From a virus, in the IMG/VR virus record IMGVR_UViG_3300021962_000084, positions 5,808-69,807 of that record: 64,000 nt of DNA. One strand, given 5' to 3'. Each line of letters opens with the position of its first letter. Within the stretch, counting starts at the first letter, position 1. The position numbers were made by a program, and so were the translations under genes. Of this stretch, positions 1 to 13,600 are shown in pieces. Under the pieces are notes generated by a model that saw nothing but the letters and a program-made list of their open reading frames with translations, ran no database searches and was not told the DNA's origin.

Positions 1-2
1 TA

Positions 3-935
3 AGAAGTGAAATAGATTTAATTGAAGCATATACCGCATCGTTAAAAGGAGCAGCAATTGTATCATCTTCACAACAAATAACAAACTATTATAAGTTCGC
101 TGAAACGGCATCAGCAAATACTTTCTATGGTATTCAAACTATAAGTGGTTCATTAAGAATAAGTGGTTCATTAAGAACAAATATAATAACTGGTGGATTG
201 GATGTTAATGGTGGTATCACTGGTTCATTCAAAGGAAATTTAGCAGGTGTAGCGGATTATGCATCAACGATAGTGGTTGTAAATACAGGTACAACAACCG
301 ATACAACATTATACCCAACATTCACATTACAACCTGTATTGGCACAATATACATCTCTTTACTCACATGCATCTTCTTCATTCTTCTACAATGGTGTGAC
401 AAGAAGATTACACATGGAAGGATTTGTTGTTTCTGGTAGTAATAATATTGCAGAAATTAGTGGTTCATTAAATGTAAGTGGTTCAACAAACTTAACTGGT
501 TCGGTGACGGTAAACCAAAGTAGAATTGATAATGGTTGGACAGCATATACACCGGAATGGACAGCAGCATCTGTAAACCCTGTAATTAACAACGGAACAA
601 TCGAAGGTTACTACAAAGTAATTGGTAAGACTTGTTTCGTAAGAGGTAATATTGCCATGGGAAGTACAACAACATTTGGTACTGGTGAGTGGTATGTATC
701 AATGCCATTTACCGCATCGCATGCAGACGCTATCTTAATGAATGCAACTTTATTAGATAATGGCACTGCTTGGTATAACGCTACAATGGTAGGAGCAAGA
801 GCAGGATTTAATCACAAAGCACCTATACAATACCAAAATACAGGTGGAACTGCTAGTGATGTAAACCCAACTCAACCATTCACTTGGACAACTAGTGATA
901 GATTTGTTTGGAACGGAAGTTACGAAATAGCATAA
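3..935 (+). CDS. Tail fibre / minor virion protein, 5'-partial
   Basis: The frame of ORF 198..935 stays open back to position 3 (RSEIDLIEAYTASLKG...), so the gene starts upstream of the window. SGS-rich beta repeats and a C-terminal WTAYTP...NGTIEGYYKVIGKTCFVR domain resemble phage fibre tips. Confidence 0.6.
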   Translation, partial: RSEIDLIEAYTASLKGAAIVSSSQQITNYYKFAETASANTFYGIQTISGSLRISGSLRTNIITGGLDVNGGITGSFKGNLAGVADYASTIVVVNTGTTTDTTLYPTFTLQPVLAQYTSLYSHASSSFFYNGVTRRLHMEGFVVSGSNNIAEISGSLNVSGSTNLTGSVTVNQSRIDNGWTAYTPEWTAASVNPVINNGTIEGYYKVIGKTCFVRGNIAMGSTTTFGTGEWYVSMPFTASHADAILMNATLLDNGTAWYNATMVGARAGFNHKAPIQYQNTGGTASDVNPTQPFTWTTSDRFVWNGSYEIA

Positions 936-954
936 AATAAGTACATAATACTAA

Positions 955-1161
955 ATGGCAATTAATAAAGTATATATATCCGAAGTACCACCAATAGTAC
1001 TTAAAAACCCTGGTAAAGATGGAACTAGTGGTACATCGGGTATATCTGGCACATCTGGAACTTCTGGTATTTCTATGGGTATATCATTAAGTGATTTGAA
1101 AAATGTTGTATCCCAATCAATTGATTTTAATGATTTTCAAAATAGAATAGAAGCATTATAA
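955..1161 (+). CDS. Small hypothetical virion-associated protein with a short Gly-Thr-Ser repeat
   Basis: 68 aa; GKDGTSGTSGISGTSGTSG is a miniature of the G-X-X tracts in the giant fibres; A-rich start context. Confidence 0.55.
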   Translation: MAINKVYISEVPPIVLKNPGKDGTSGTSGISGTSGTSGISMGISLSDLKNVVSQSIDFNDFQNRIEAL

Positions 1162-1193
1162 TCTTCACCAAACACTATTCTTTTGATTCTTAA

Positions 1194-1201
1194 TATTTAT
1201 A
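1194..1201 (+). promoter_or_regulatory. TATTTATA motif, putative phage late promoter
   Basis: Intergenic, 26 nt before the ATG at 1228; the same octamer recurs in most intergenic gaps (see findings). Confidence 0.6.
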
Positions 1202-1227
1202 GGTAACGATAAAATAAGTACTTATAA

Positions 1228-2391
1228 ATGATGGAAACTTTAATATATCCTGGTTCATCTTCATTCTTTCCGGGACAAACTCCTTTTGGAATATATGATA
1301 ATGATTATGCTTTTACAGAAGAAGCCCCAAAAGTAGCACTTTGGTGTGCTAGACGATTGGGATACCCAATTCAAAATGTAGAATTAATAGATGAAAACTT
1401 CTATGCATGCTTCGAAGAATCAGTATCCGAATATGGTGCTCAAGTAAACCAATTCAATATTCGTAATAATTTGGATTCTCTAAAAGGGAAGCTAAAAACT
1501 ACAAATCTTACAAATAAACTTGTTCAAGGTTCAAATTTACCCACATTAATTGCAATTTCAGATGCGTATGGTACTTTAGCTGGAGTTGGTGGTAATACGG
1601 ATATTAAAAAAGGATACATTGAATTACAACCAGGAAAGCAAGAATATGATTTAGATTCTTTATGGTCTGCCGTATCCGAAAGTGGAAAACGTATTGAAAT
1701 TATAAAAGTATTTCAAGAACCAGTACCAGCGATTAATAGATTCTTTGACCCTTATTCAGTTTCTGGACAAGGTACATTGAATTTAATTGATGAATTTGGA
1801 TTCGGTTCATATTCTCCAGCAGCACAATTTATATTGATGCCAATGTTTGAAGATATGCTAAGAATACAGGCAATTGAATTTAATGACCAATTTAGAAAAT
1901 CAGCATTTACCTTTAATATTGTAAATGGTAAACTTAGAGTATTTCCAATGCCAACTTCTCAAAATGTAAATCTATATGGAAAATTATATTTTGATTATTT
2001 TGTAAAAGATGAATTTACTGAAAATTCAACTACAATCACACCATCGGTAATATCTGATTATTCAGATATACCATACAGTTTTATGGAATATAGTGGTATA
2101 AATGATGTGGGTAAGCAGTGGATTAGAAAATATACCCTTGCATTGGTAAAAGAATTATTGGGAGCTGTTAGAGAAAAATATTCAAATATACCAATACCTG
2201 GCTCTGAAGTGAGTTTGGATGGTGCTGCATTGAGAGCTGAAGCAACTACTGAAAAGGAAGCCCTAATGACTCAATTAAGAGAAACATTAGAGGAATTAAG
2301 TAGAAAAATTCAATTTGAAAACCGAAACAATGAAGCTAATCAACATCAAGAAATGTTGAGAAAAGTTCCATTGGCAATTTATATAGGATAA
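1228..2391 (+). CDS. Neck / head-tail adaptor protein (T4 gp13-like)
   Basis: N-terminal RRLGYPIQNVEL and C-terminal WIRKYTLALVKELLG...KYSNIPIPG.EVSLDG motifs match gp13-type neck proteins; first gene of the neck/tail block. Confidence 0.75.
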   Translation: MMETLIYPGSSSFFPGQTPFGIYDNDYAFTEEAPKVALWCARRLGYPIQNVELIDENFYACFEESVSEYGAQVNQFNIRNNLDSLKGKLKTTNLTNKLVQGSNLPTLIAISDAYGTLAGVGGNTDIKKGYIELQPGKQEYDLDSLWSAVSESGKRIEIIKVFQEPVPAINRFFDPYSVSGQGTLNLIDEFGFGSYSPAAQFILMPMFEDMLRIQAIEFNDQFRKSAFTFNIVNGKLRVFPMPTSQNVNLYGKLYFDYFVKDEFTENSTTITPSVISDYSDIPYSFMEYSGINDVGKQWIRKYTLALVKELLGAVREKYSNIPIPGSEVSLDGAALRAEATTEKEALMTQLRETLEELSRKIQFENRNNEANQHQEMLRKVPLAIYIG

Positions 2392-2392
2392 T

Positions 2393-2860
2393 ATGGCAAG
2401 ATTTGCATTAGGTAGAGATATAAGATTCTTCGAAGGAATTTCAAGAGAATTGGTAGATGCAGTTATCGAAACGGCTGTAGTACTATATAAACTTGTCATA
2501 GAAGATAGTAAAACTAATCTTTATGGAGAATCTTTAAATAAAACATATTATCAAGGAGTAGAGTGTAGTGCAATAATTCAAAGAGATGACACTCAAGCTA
2601 ATTATGAAGGATTTGGTGTAGATGCATCTCAAACTGTACAATTTCGTTTTAATAGATTTACGTTAGCAGAAAAAGAATTTTACCCAGAAGTTGGTGATAT
2701 TATTTTTCATAATGAAGCTTATTTTGAAATTGATAATGTGACAGAAGACCAATTAATAGGTGGTAGAACTGAAACTGGAGATGGAGAAAAATTCTCAATT
2801 ATATGTTCAACATTTATGACTAGAAGAAACGCAATACAAACTGAAATGAGAGTAATATAA
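2393..2860 (+). CDS. Head closure / neck protein (T4 gp14-like)
   Basis: NLYGES...K.Y and PEVGDII motifs; directly follows the gp13-like gene. Confidence 0.65.
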   Translation: MARFALGRDIRFFEGISRELVDAVIETAVVLYKLVIEDSKTNLYGESLNKTYYQGVECSAIIQRDDTQANYEGFGVDASQTVQFRFNRFTLAEKEFYPEVGDIIFHNEAYFEIDNVTEDQLIGGRTETGDGEKFSIICSTFMTRRNAIQTEMRVI

Positions 2861-3921
2861 TGGATAACAAAGAAACAAATAGAGGTAAACAACTTTCAGT
2901 AGAAAAGCAATTCATTAAAGGCGTAAATTTAATTGATGTTGATACTACTATTGCCGATTATATGGCATCAATAGTAATACCCGATGTTGAGGAAAATGGA
3001 TTGAAAGTTAAAGTTCCACTTCTTTATGGTAATGCCGAAAGATGGGCTGGTGCACGAAAGGAGGGTTATTTAAGAGACCAAAGAGGAAAAATACAAATTC
3101 CTTTAGTAATGTTTAAAAGAAATTCCATAGATAGAAATGAATCTATGAATAATTTTAGCGAACAAAATACTATTGCTACATTCCAAAGATATTCGCCTAA
3201 AAGTAAATATGAAAGGTTTTCTTTACAAAATAATGTAAAACCCTCAAAAGAATTATATAGTATAAATGTACCAAAATATGTAACTATAACGTATGAGGTA
3301 ATGATTTGGACATCTTTTACAGAGCACATGAATAAAATTGTAGAAGCATTTCAATGGGCAACTGATAGATATTGGGGTAAAGATGATAGTTACAAATTTA
3401 AAGTAAAAATAGATTCATTTGACAATCAACAAGAGGTTGGACAGGGTACTGAAAGAATTATAAGAACTACATTTACTATGGTTGTAAATGCTTATTTACT
3501 TCCTGAAAGATATAATGAAAAACCAACTATTAAAAAGACTTACTCTCCTAAACGAATAATATTTAGTGTAGAAACGGATTTAAGTGGAGCTATGTTTACT
3601 CAACCATCTTTATACAACGAATATGCGCAGGTGATTGATTTTATAGGTATTAGAGGAAATCAAATGGCAATTTTTGTAAACTCATCAACAGCTAAATTAA
3701 CTAATGTAAAGAAGCCAGTTTTACCACAAGAATTGGTTGGTGTGTTTGATGTTGAAACTTGGTTTAGAGTTTACATAAATGGAGATTTTATATCACCTTC
3801 TTTGTACACCTATATCTATAATGGATATACAAAAGAAATAATTTTTTCATTTGATTCGTTAGGATTTCCATTAGATACTGAAGATGAAATTGCAATAACT
3901 GGTAAATTTCAAGAACTATGA
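2860..3921 (+). CDS. Tail terminator / sheath stabiliser (T4 gp15-like)
   Basis: KVPLLYGNAERW, PKYVTITYEVMIW...MNKIVE motifs; synteny after gp13/gp14-like genes; translationally coupled (TAATG). Confidence 0.65.
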   Translation: MDNKETNRGKQLSVEKQFIKGVNLIDVDTTIADYMASIVIPDVEENGLKVKVPLLYGNAERWAGARKEGYLRDQRGKIQIPLVMFKRNSIDRNESMNNFSEQNTIATFQRYSPKSKYERFSLQNNVKPSKELYSINVPKYVTITYEVMIWTSFTEHMNKIVEAFQWATDRYWGKDDSYKFKVKIDSFDNQQEVGQGTERIIRTTFTMVVNAYLLPERYNEKPTIKKTYSPKRIIFSVETDLSGAMFTQPSLYNEYAQVIDFIGIRGNQMAIFVNSSTAKLTNVKKPVLPQELVGVFDVETWFRVYINGDFISPSLYTYIYNGYTKEIIFSFDSLGFPLDTEDEIAITGKFQEL

Positions 3922-4271
3922 GTGTAACAATCTTAAAAAATATAATGAAACAAGTAAACGAACCAAATGAGTTTGAATTATTTTTTCATGCAGATGAACC
4001 ATTCTATTGGGTTTATAAAGTTGATGGAGTGAGGGTAAAAGATTTATATAAAACAATGGTTGAGTTAAGAAGACCGACTGCAAGATTCGATGTTTTTATA
4101 AATGGATTATTTATATCTGAAAACGATTATATTTTTGACCAATTGGGTAATGATTTTTATATTAAATTTATAAAAAATAGATTTCCTGAATTTGACAGAT
4201 TTGATAATCCATATATATTAAATGATGATGATGAGGTAAAAATAGAAGGAGACGTTGAAAAATTTATATAA
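3918..4271 (+). CDS. Hypothetical virion protein
   Basis: 117 aa, ATGA overlap with the upstream gene; FDVFING...D.V.I.G resembles the C-terminal domain of the upstream protein (FRVYING...DEIAITG). Confidence 0.6.
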   Translation: MSVTILKNIMKQVNEPNEFELFFHADEPFYWVYKVDGVRVKDLYKTMVELRRPTARFDVFINGLFISENDYIFDQLGNDFYIKFIKNRFPEFDRFDNPYILNDDDEVKIEGDVEKFI

Positions 4272-4654
4272 TGACCAGAAAAAAACCTAATATAAACGTA
4301 CAAACAACACAATTATTGAGAGATAGACAGGCTTTCAAAGATTTTGTGCTTAAAATTAATACGGATACATTCACATATTCATATTCCCCAAATATAATTT
4401 CAGTAGAAAATCAAATATATTTTACTTTAACGTTGTTAAATAAAAAATTTGTTTTTGATATTTTAGTTGTAGATGATGTGAGAGATTACGTTGATGTATA
4501 TTTATTTGGAGTAAAGCAACCTGCGGATAGATATAATGTTCAACAGGTTGATACTAATATAATTGTTACATTCACAGCTGATATTACAAGATTACCAAAT
4601 GAGGTAAAAGCATCAGATTTCGAAATAAAAGGTAAAATAGCAGAAATAGTATAA
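4271..4654 (+). CDS. Hypothetical virion protein
   Basis: 127 aa, coupled on both sides (TAATG overlaps); VDVYLFG...FEIKGK is similar to the two preceding domains. Confidence 0.6.
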   Translation: MTRKKPNINVQTTQLLRDRQAFKDFVLKINTDTFTYSYSPNIISVENQIYFTLTLLNKKFVFDILVVDDVRDYVDVYLFGVKQPADRYNVQQVDTNIIVTFTADITRLPNEVKASDFEIKGKIAEIV

Positions 4655-7600
4655 TGGCAAGACTGATACCTCGTAAACAAATTGAAGAACAACAGGATAT
4701 AAGTGCTTCTTTAGCGATTAGAGAAAATCTATATGTTGGTAATGATATTATTAATAGCGGCTCATTATTTGTATCAAAAAGTTTCTTTTTGGGAAACGAT
4801 ACGGGCTCTTTAAATGAGATTACGGGTTCTGTATTCGTAACAGGTTCATTTACAGTTGATGGTTTATTTCAATTAGGTTCACAAACTTTATTTTCTGGAA
4901 CAGCTTCGTTTTCATCTGAATCTGTTGATACACAAAGATACTCTGGAATTCTTGCAAAAGATTTTGGTGCTAACCAACCTACATTATATGTTTCTTCAAC
5001 TGATGGTGATGATACTAACGATGGTAGAACAATTCAATATCCACTTCGTACAATTAAAAGAGCCGCTCAATTAGCATCTCCGGGGTATGATGGTAGATAT
5101 GGTTTTGATACTGGTTCGGTTTCAAATGGATATGTAATTAAGGTACAGGCAGGAACGTATTTAGAGGATAATCCTGTGATACTTCCATCCAACACAACCA
5201 TTTGGGGTGCTGGTTTGCGTATTACCAAAATTAACGCTAAGAATCCCTCTGAAGACCTTTTTTGGGTAAACGCTGGATGTTACATTGCCGAAGTTACTAT
5301 GGGAGGATTGAGATTATATCCAGACCAAATAAATCCTGAAAAAGGATTTGCTGTGGCTTTCCAACCTGGTGCATTTATTACAACTTCACCATACGTTCAG
5401 AACTGCTCGCAGATTTCAAACCAAGAGAATTCATTCACCGAACTTTATGAAGAAATACCGCCAGGTGGTGGAGGACTTTATGTTAATGGTGATGTAATTC
5501 ATCCCGATTCTCCATTGGCTTCAATGGTATTAGATGCTTATACTCAAATTTCTCCAAACGGAGTTGGGTGTTTAGTTAATGGTAGAGGTTTCATTCAGCT
5601 CGTATCTTTCTTTAATAACTTCTCATATTACGCAATTAGAGTAAACAATGGTGGACATGCTACACTAAACAACTCAAACATTTCGTTTGGTTTGTATGGT
5701 ATGTATGCTAGTGGTTCTCGTTTTATTTCTGGTAGTGGTGGTAATATTGATGCAAGAAATAGAGTAAGACAAAGTTGGAGTGTGGTAGTGGATGTACTTA
5801 ATAGAGGGTTGGGTGCACTTCCTGAAATAACAACTTTAAATACAGCAGAAGGCATTCGTGCAACATCTTTATCACAATATCCTCAATTATATCTTTCTGG
5901 TAGTGATATAAATTTAACACCAACTACACAAAATATTGAAGAAGTAGCTTCTGATTTTAAATTAATATCTGCTATTGTAGAAAATGGTACATCCAATTTT
6001 CCAACTCTTTTAGCAAGAAGTTCTAATAAGGGATATGGATTTGAATCTCCTTATAATATTTTAGGAGCTGAGCAAATTACATCATCAATAGCATCGGCAT
6101 CTGCTGAAATTTTAACTGATATAAGTGAATCATTTGGAGCTATATTGGGTATATTTGCAAATGGTACTGGTTCTTTTAATTTTGTATCAAATACCAAAAA
6201 TGCTATTAAAGCAACTGAATTAGAACCAACAGCTATTGGTATGTCTGTTTCAAATAGTATTACGGCTAGTGTTAGTTCATCATTTGAAACAGTAATATCA
6301 ATTATATCTTCTGGATTAACAGCAGTTGCAAAAGTAACTTCATCAAATGAAGCAGCTATAAAAGTTTCTGGTGTAGAACAATTTACAACGGGATTATCAT
6401 CATCTTTACAAACAACTAATAGTGTAAGTGCAAGTTTTAGTATAATTTACAATATTTTGGATAAAGGAACTGGTAGTGTAATTTTACCAATACCTGAAAA
6501 TCATCAAAGAAATTATACAATAACAAATAATGGTAGTTCATCGTATCAATGGCAAGGTGTAGGTTCAAATCCAACAATAACATTATATAGAGGTGAAACT
6601 TACAAATTTTATGTAAGTGCATCTAGCGTAGTTGGTGGAATAAATTATCCTTTCTTTATTAGAACTAGACCTTTAAGTGGTATTAGTGAACAATTTGATT
6701 ATGATAAAGGTGTAATAAATAATGGAGATTCAATTGGTAATATAACATTTACAGTACCATACGATGCTCCCAATGAATTATATTACGTTGCACAAAATAC
6801 GGATAATATGACAGGTAAGTTTCATATTATTAATAATTCAGCAACTCCGTTTGGTTTTATACAAAATACATTAACATATCCACAAACAATAAGTGGTAGT
6901 GTGGAATCAACATCTAATATAGATAAATTAAATGCTTACGAACTTCTTATTGGAAACAAATCATTTATTCAAGAAGAAACAATTGAATTTGTATCATCCT
7001 CTTGGTCTGATTTTGATTATGTAGAATCAACTTGCCGTAGAGATATTGGATATTTAATAGATGCGGTAGCTAATGACCTTATATATGGTGGAAACAATAA
7101 TAGTATTACCGCTGGTAGATTTTATTATGAGTATCCATCAACAGCAACTACAACACAAAAAGACCCAACCAAAACTGCAGTTAAATATGCAGCTGGAATG
7201 GCTGAAAAATTATTAAAAGGTGTAACATTCGTTGAACCAAACAATGAAAGAGATGCAGTAGCAACTGCTATACAGGCAAATAGAGAATTTATACAAACCG
7301 AAACAATAACGTTCCTTTCATCTTCTTGGAGTAACTTCTATTATAATGAAGCTAAATGTAAAAGAGATGTGGGATATATTTTAGATGCGGTAGCAACTGA
7401 TGCTAGATATGGTGGTAACGAAAGGTCTGTACAAGCAGGTCAATTCTATTATTTATATCCATCATTAGCAGTTGTTGATGGTGATGGTGATTCTGAAGGT
7501 CAATTAGGACAAACATTAGATGGAGTGCGTTTCGCAGCTGGTAATACTAATAATATAATAGCTGGAATTGTACATCAAACTGCATCATTGGATGTTAGAG

Positions 7601-10600
7601 AATCATATAGATTATTAAGAGAAAACAAAGAATTGATTCAAAACGAAACAATTCAGTTTATTAATGTAGCATATCCTCAATTAAAATATAATCAAGACAA
7701 ATGTAAGAGAGATGTTGGTTATATAATTGATGCAATATCAACTGACCTTCTTTATGGTGGAATCGAAAGAAGTGTAACTGCTGGTAAATATTATTATGAA
7801 TATCCATCACAAGCTACAAAAACGCAAAAGAGAGAAACTTCTGGTGGTATAAGATATTCTAAAATTATTTCTGACTTTATTGTTCAAAATATTGTTTTAG
7901 AAACTCCACGTATTATTACTAACGATGAAAAATTATTTAAAGTAGTAAGTGGTAGTAGTAATATTACATCTTCATTTAGTGGTACTATAAATGAGCAAAA
8001 TTCTATTAGTAGTTCATTTGCTATTATTGAAGGAATTATAAAAAGAGGAACTGCAGCCGTACCATCAATATTGGCACAAAATAGTGATTTGAATTGGAGT
8101 GTTGGCATTCCATTAAGCGTTACCGGTCAAACACAAATAACCAATTCATTCGTATCACCTACTGAAGCAGAAAAGTTAGGAAATGGATTTGATGTAGTTA
8201 CTTCTATACTTCAAAGTAATGGAGTTGAGCCTGTATTTACATCATCTTTAAATACACAAATAAAAGTAACAAACAACGAACAAATAACAGGTTCAGTATC
8301 TAATCCTTATGCATTAACATCATCAATATCAGCATCATTTGGATATGTTGTTGAAATTATAAGTGGTGGATTATCTAAATTAGACCCAATTGTTTCTAAT
8401 GTATCTGCAAGTATTAAAGTAACAGCAACTCCACAATTTACAAGTGGTGTAGTTGGTACAAATGCACAAACCTCAAGTGTTAGTTCTTCTTTCGGAAGTA
8501 TTATAAATGTGATTGTTAGTGGAACTGCTGCATTACCATCATTGGTACAAAATACAAATGCAAATAGAAAGGTAACAACAACTACACAATTCATATCAGC
8601 ATCTTATAGTGGTAGTTTGGAAGATATAGAATTTGTTTCACAATCTATTTCTAAAGTAACTCAAATAGTTGAAACTGGAAATGTAGACCTTTTTGGAAAA
8701 ACAAATTATTCAGCAAGTATTACTGCTAGAGTTGGGGTGTACGAAATATTAAAACAAAACATTCCATTTATACAAAACGAAACTATTGCATATCTAAGTT
8801 CTTCTTGGGCTGGATTCCAATATGATGAAGTTAAGTGTAAGAGAGATATTGGATTGATTGTTAGTGGAGCAGCGGAAGACCTTTTATTTGGTGCTAATTC
8901 GGCATCAATTGTAAACGGACAATTCTACTATGAATACCCATCACAAGCAACTATTGCAAATGATGGTGATACTGGTGGACAGTTAAATCAAACTTTAGAT
9001 GGTATAAACTACGCAAGTAGATTAGCACAAAAGGTAATTCAAAATGTCGTATTTAATTTACCATCAACTGAAGTATCTGCTTCAAACGCTTTATTATTTA
9101 ATAACAAAGAGTTTATCCAAAATGAAACAATCGCATACCTAAGTTCTTCTTGGGGTGGTTTTGATTATAACGAAACAACTTGTAAGAGAGATGTTGGATA
9201 TATTATTGATGCGGTTAGAACTGATTTGGTATATGGTGGTAATGAGAGAAGTAGACAGGCTGGTTTATATTATTTCTTATATCCATCTCAAGCTACTGGT
9301 TCTCAATTATTGCAAACAACAGATGGTATTAAATATGCATCGCATATCTCACAAAAGATAGTTAGTGGTTCGATATTCCAATCTGCTGATTCTGATAAAT
9401 TGGAAGTAAGTAGATTGATGAGAGTGAACAAAGGACTTATCGCTGATGAGGTTGTTGAGTATGTATCATCTTCTTGGAGTGAGGTATCATATAACGAAGA
9501 TAAGTGTAAGAGAGATGTGGGGTATATTATTGATGCAGTAAGAACTGACTTGGTATATGGTGGTAACGAAAGAACATCTATTGCGGGTGAATTCTATTAT
9601 CGATTCCCATCATCAGCAACCGTTGGAGGAGAACCTTCAGCAACTCAACAATTAGACCCAACTGTAACTGGTGTTGAGTATGCAAATCGTTTAGCACAAA
9701 ATATAGTTCAAAATAAAGTATTAGTTAATCCATCTGCGGAAGTATTAGCAGCAGCTGAATTAGTAAGAACTAATAGAACATTCTTACAACAAAACGTAAT
9801 ACAATTTATTTCTCAAAACTATCCTAATTTAGATTACATAGTTTCTAAATGTTTCAGAGATGTTGGATTTATTACCGATGGAGCTGTAACCGATTTAGTA
9901 TATGGTGGTAATGAGAGAAGTATAAACTCTGGTAGATTCTACTTTAAGTTTGCTAACAAAGCAACTGGTGACCAATTAGTTGAAACTGTAGCTGGTATTA
10001 ACTTTGCTAAAGATTTGGCTAAGTTAGTAGCAATTGGTGGAAAGGCTGTTGAAGATGGATATGATAACGTTGCTAAAATAATAGCAAGTGGAAGTTCATC
10101 TGCACCTGCTTTAGTAACAAATACTGAAAACGCAATTAGAAAGACAGTTGAGCAACAATTTACATCAAGTCAAAGTGTTCAATCATCTGATAAGCAATTA
10201 GTATCAGCATCATTTGCGAATGTAATTACTATAATTTCAAATGGTACTGGTTCTATACCAACAATTGTAGAGAGTTCTAATAGAGGTATATTAGTAACAA
10301 TTGGTTCACATCAAATAACATCATCAATAACTCCATCTTTAGCAGATATTAATAAAGTTGAAAGTGGATTTAATATTGTTACTAGCATAATAGAAAATGG
10401 TACAGGTTCATTACCTACATTAGTTAAGAACACTCAAAATGGTATTAAGAGAACTGATTCAATTCAATTTACTTCAACTGCATCTATTTCTAATACAATT
10501 ATTTCAAGCTCCAATACAGCATTTGATAATGTATTATTAATTGTATCTGACGGAACTGGTTCAACTCCAACTTTGGTTAAAAATACTTCTAATTTAGTTA

Positions 10601-13600
10601 AGGTAACAAACTCTACTCAATATATCGGAACTACTACTGTTTCTTCATCTATAATAAATGGTATCACTGGTAGTTTTAATACTATTATAACGATATTAGA
10701 AAATGGTATAGGTACTTTACCAAATGTAGTTGATAATACAATATCAGGTATTAAAGTAACAAACACTGCTCAATTTATATCTGCATCTGCTACTCAACTT
10801 GAAAGTAATTTAATATCGCAATCTATATCAATAGTAACTGATATTATAGCAAATGGTGTGGGTTCTACATTAGCATATTTACCAACATCATCTTATACAG
10901 CTTCCGTTAGTGATTTAAATAGATGGAAGGCTTATAATTTATTAAAAGCAAACATTCAGTTTATACAGGATGAAACTATTGCATATTTAAGTTCTTCTTG
11001 GAGCACTGCTTCTTATAATGAGGAAAAATGTAGAAGGGATGTTGGGTTGATTATTAGTGGAGCAGTTGAAGATTTGGTGTTTAATAGTAATTCCGCATCA
11101 TTAGTAAATGGAAAGTTCTATTATGATTATCCATCGCAAGCACAAGGTGCACAATTAAATCAAACTTTAGATGGTGTATTCTACGCATCTAAATTAGCAC
11201 AAAAGATTGTAAAAGGTGATGTGTTCAATTACCCATCTGCTCAATCAAATACTGCGTATGATTTATTGGTAAACAATAAGCAATTAATACAAAACGAAAC
11301 GATTGCTTACATTAGTTCTTCTTGGAGTACTCATCAATATAATGAAACAACTTGTAAGAGAGATGTTGGATATATTATTGATGCAGTAGCAACCGATGTT
11401 AAATGGGGTGGTAATGAAAGAAGTGTAAAAGCTGGAGAATTCTATTACTTATATCCATCCGAAGCAACAGGTTCACAAATAGAAGAAACTGTTACTGGTA
11501 TAACCTATGTTAGAAACTTAGCAGATAGATTATTAAGAAATCTAACACTACAATCGGTTTCTCAAAATAAATTACAAGCTAAACAACTTATTTTCAATAA
11601 CAAAGAGTTTATACAAAACGAAGTTATTGAGTATGTATCGGCTAGTTGGAACGGATTCTTATACAACGAAGATACTTGTAAGAGAGATGTAGGATTCATT
11701 TTAGATGCAGTGGCTACTGATGTGGTCTATGGTGGAAATGAGAGAGCCTTAGAAGCTGGAAGGTATTATTACTTATATCCATCCGAAGCAACTACAACTC
11801 AATTAGGTCCAACCCTGAGCGGTATTAGACATGCAAAGGGAATGTTAGAACAAATATTGAAAAATTCAGTATTTGGATTAGCATCTAATTCGGCACAAAC
11901 GGCTTACAATTTATTATTAGAGAATAAGCAATTAATACAAAACGAAACGATAGCATTTGTAAGTTCTTCTTGGAGTATGTTCAATTACAACGAAGCAAGT
12001 TGTAGTAGAGATACTGGATACATCGTAGATGCGGTAGCAACTGATATACTTTATGGTGGAAACGAAAGAGTAAGAGAAGCTGGTGAATACTACTATCTAT
12101 ATCCATCGTTAGCAACGGTTGATGGTGATGGAGATGCGGCTGGACAATTGGGACAAACTTTAGATGGTGTAAATTACGCTAAAGGAATTTCTAAAAAGAT
12201 AGTATCAAACATCTTATTACAATCAGCAAGTATTTCCGAATTAACTGGTTGGAGTTTATTAAGACAAAATAAACCATTGATTCAAAAAGAAACTATTGCT
12301 TACCTAAGTTCTTCTTGGACTGGAGTTGATGGTTTCTATTATAACGAAGCAAGTTGTAGTAGAGATGTTGCGTACATCATTGATAATGTAGCAACTGATT
12401 TATTATATGGTGGAAATGAAAGAAGTTCTAAAGCTGGTGAATACTATTTCTTATATCCGTCAAAAGCAACGGTTGGTGGAGTTCCATCGGTTAATGCACA
12501 ATTAGAACAAACTGTACAAGGTATCAGATTTGCAGCAGGAACTGCACAAAATGTAATATCAAATACAATATTAGAACAGCCTACTCAATTCGTATCATCT
12601 TCAGTAAGTTTATTAAGAAGTAATAGAGGATTCATCCAAAATGAAACTATACAATACATAGATGCATTCTTCCCTAGCTTAGTTTACAATAGAGAAAAGT
12701 GTAGAAGGGATGTTGGATATATTGTTGATAATGTATCTACTGATTTATGGTATGGTGGAAATGAAAGAAGCATTATAGCTGGTGATTACTATTATCGTTA
12801 TCCATCTTTAGCAACTAAGCAAGAGCAAGTAAGAGAAACTGTGGCAGGTGTTGAATACGCAAAAGCAGTATCAAAGGCAATTGTACAAAATGTATTATTA
12901 CAAACTCCATCTTTAGTTTTAAATACTGATGGTAATATTAAAGTGGGTAGTGTAGCACAAATAACATCATCGTTATCAGCTACAAATACTGAAGTATCAA
13001 ATATTAGTTCATCGTTCTCAACCGTAACAAAAATTATTGAAGGTGGTTTGAGTGTGTTACCAACAATTACTTCTAACAACGAAGGTTTAATTAAGGTAAC
13101 AAATGAAACTCAAATAACATCATCAATATCAGCATCATCTGCTGAAGTTGGTGTTGTAACGGCATCATTTGGATTGATTAGAGATATAATATATTGGGGT
13201 TCTGCTTCATTACCTGATTCATTAGCTAATAACTTCCAATATGGATTTAATAATAGTGTACCAACATTATTGCGTATTTCTTCATTCACTCAAACATTAG
13301 GAAGTGGTGTATATAATGCACAAACATCAAGCGTAAGTTCTTCATTTGGTAATGTAATTAATGTTATCAACAATGGAACGGCTTCATTACCAACATTGGA
13401 AGCTAATACATCGGCAAGTGTAAGTGTAAGTGGTATTACTACATTCAAATCAACAACATCTGGTTCTGAATATCAAAAAAGTAGAATTGGAAACTTATTT
13501 GGTGTTGTTATGAATATAGTTGAAGGTGGTAGAAGTTCTATACCTACATTATTATCAAATACATCGTCTAGTATTAAAGTAACAAATACTCCACAAATTA

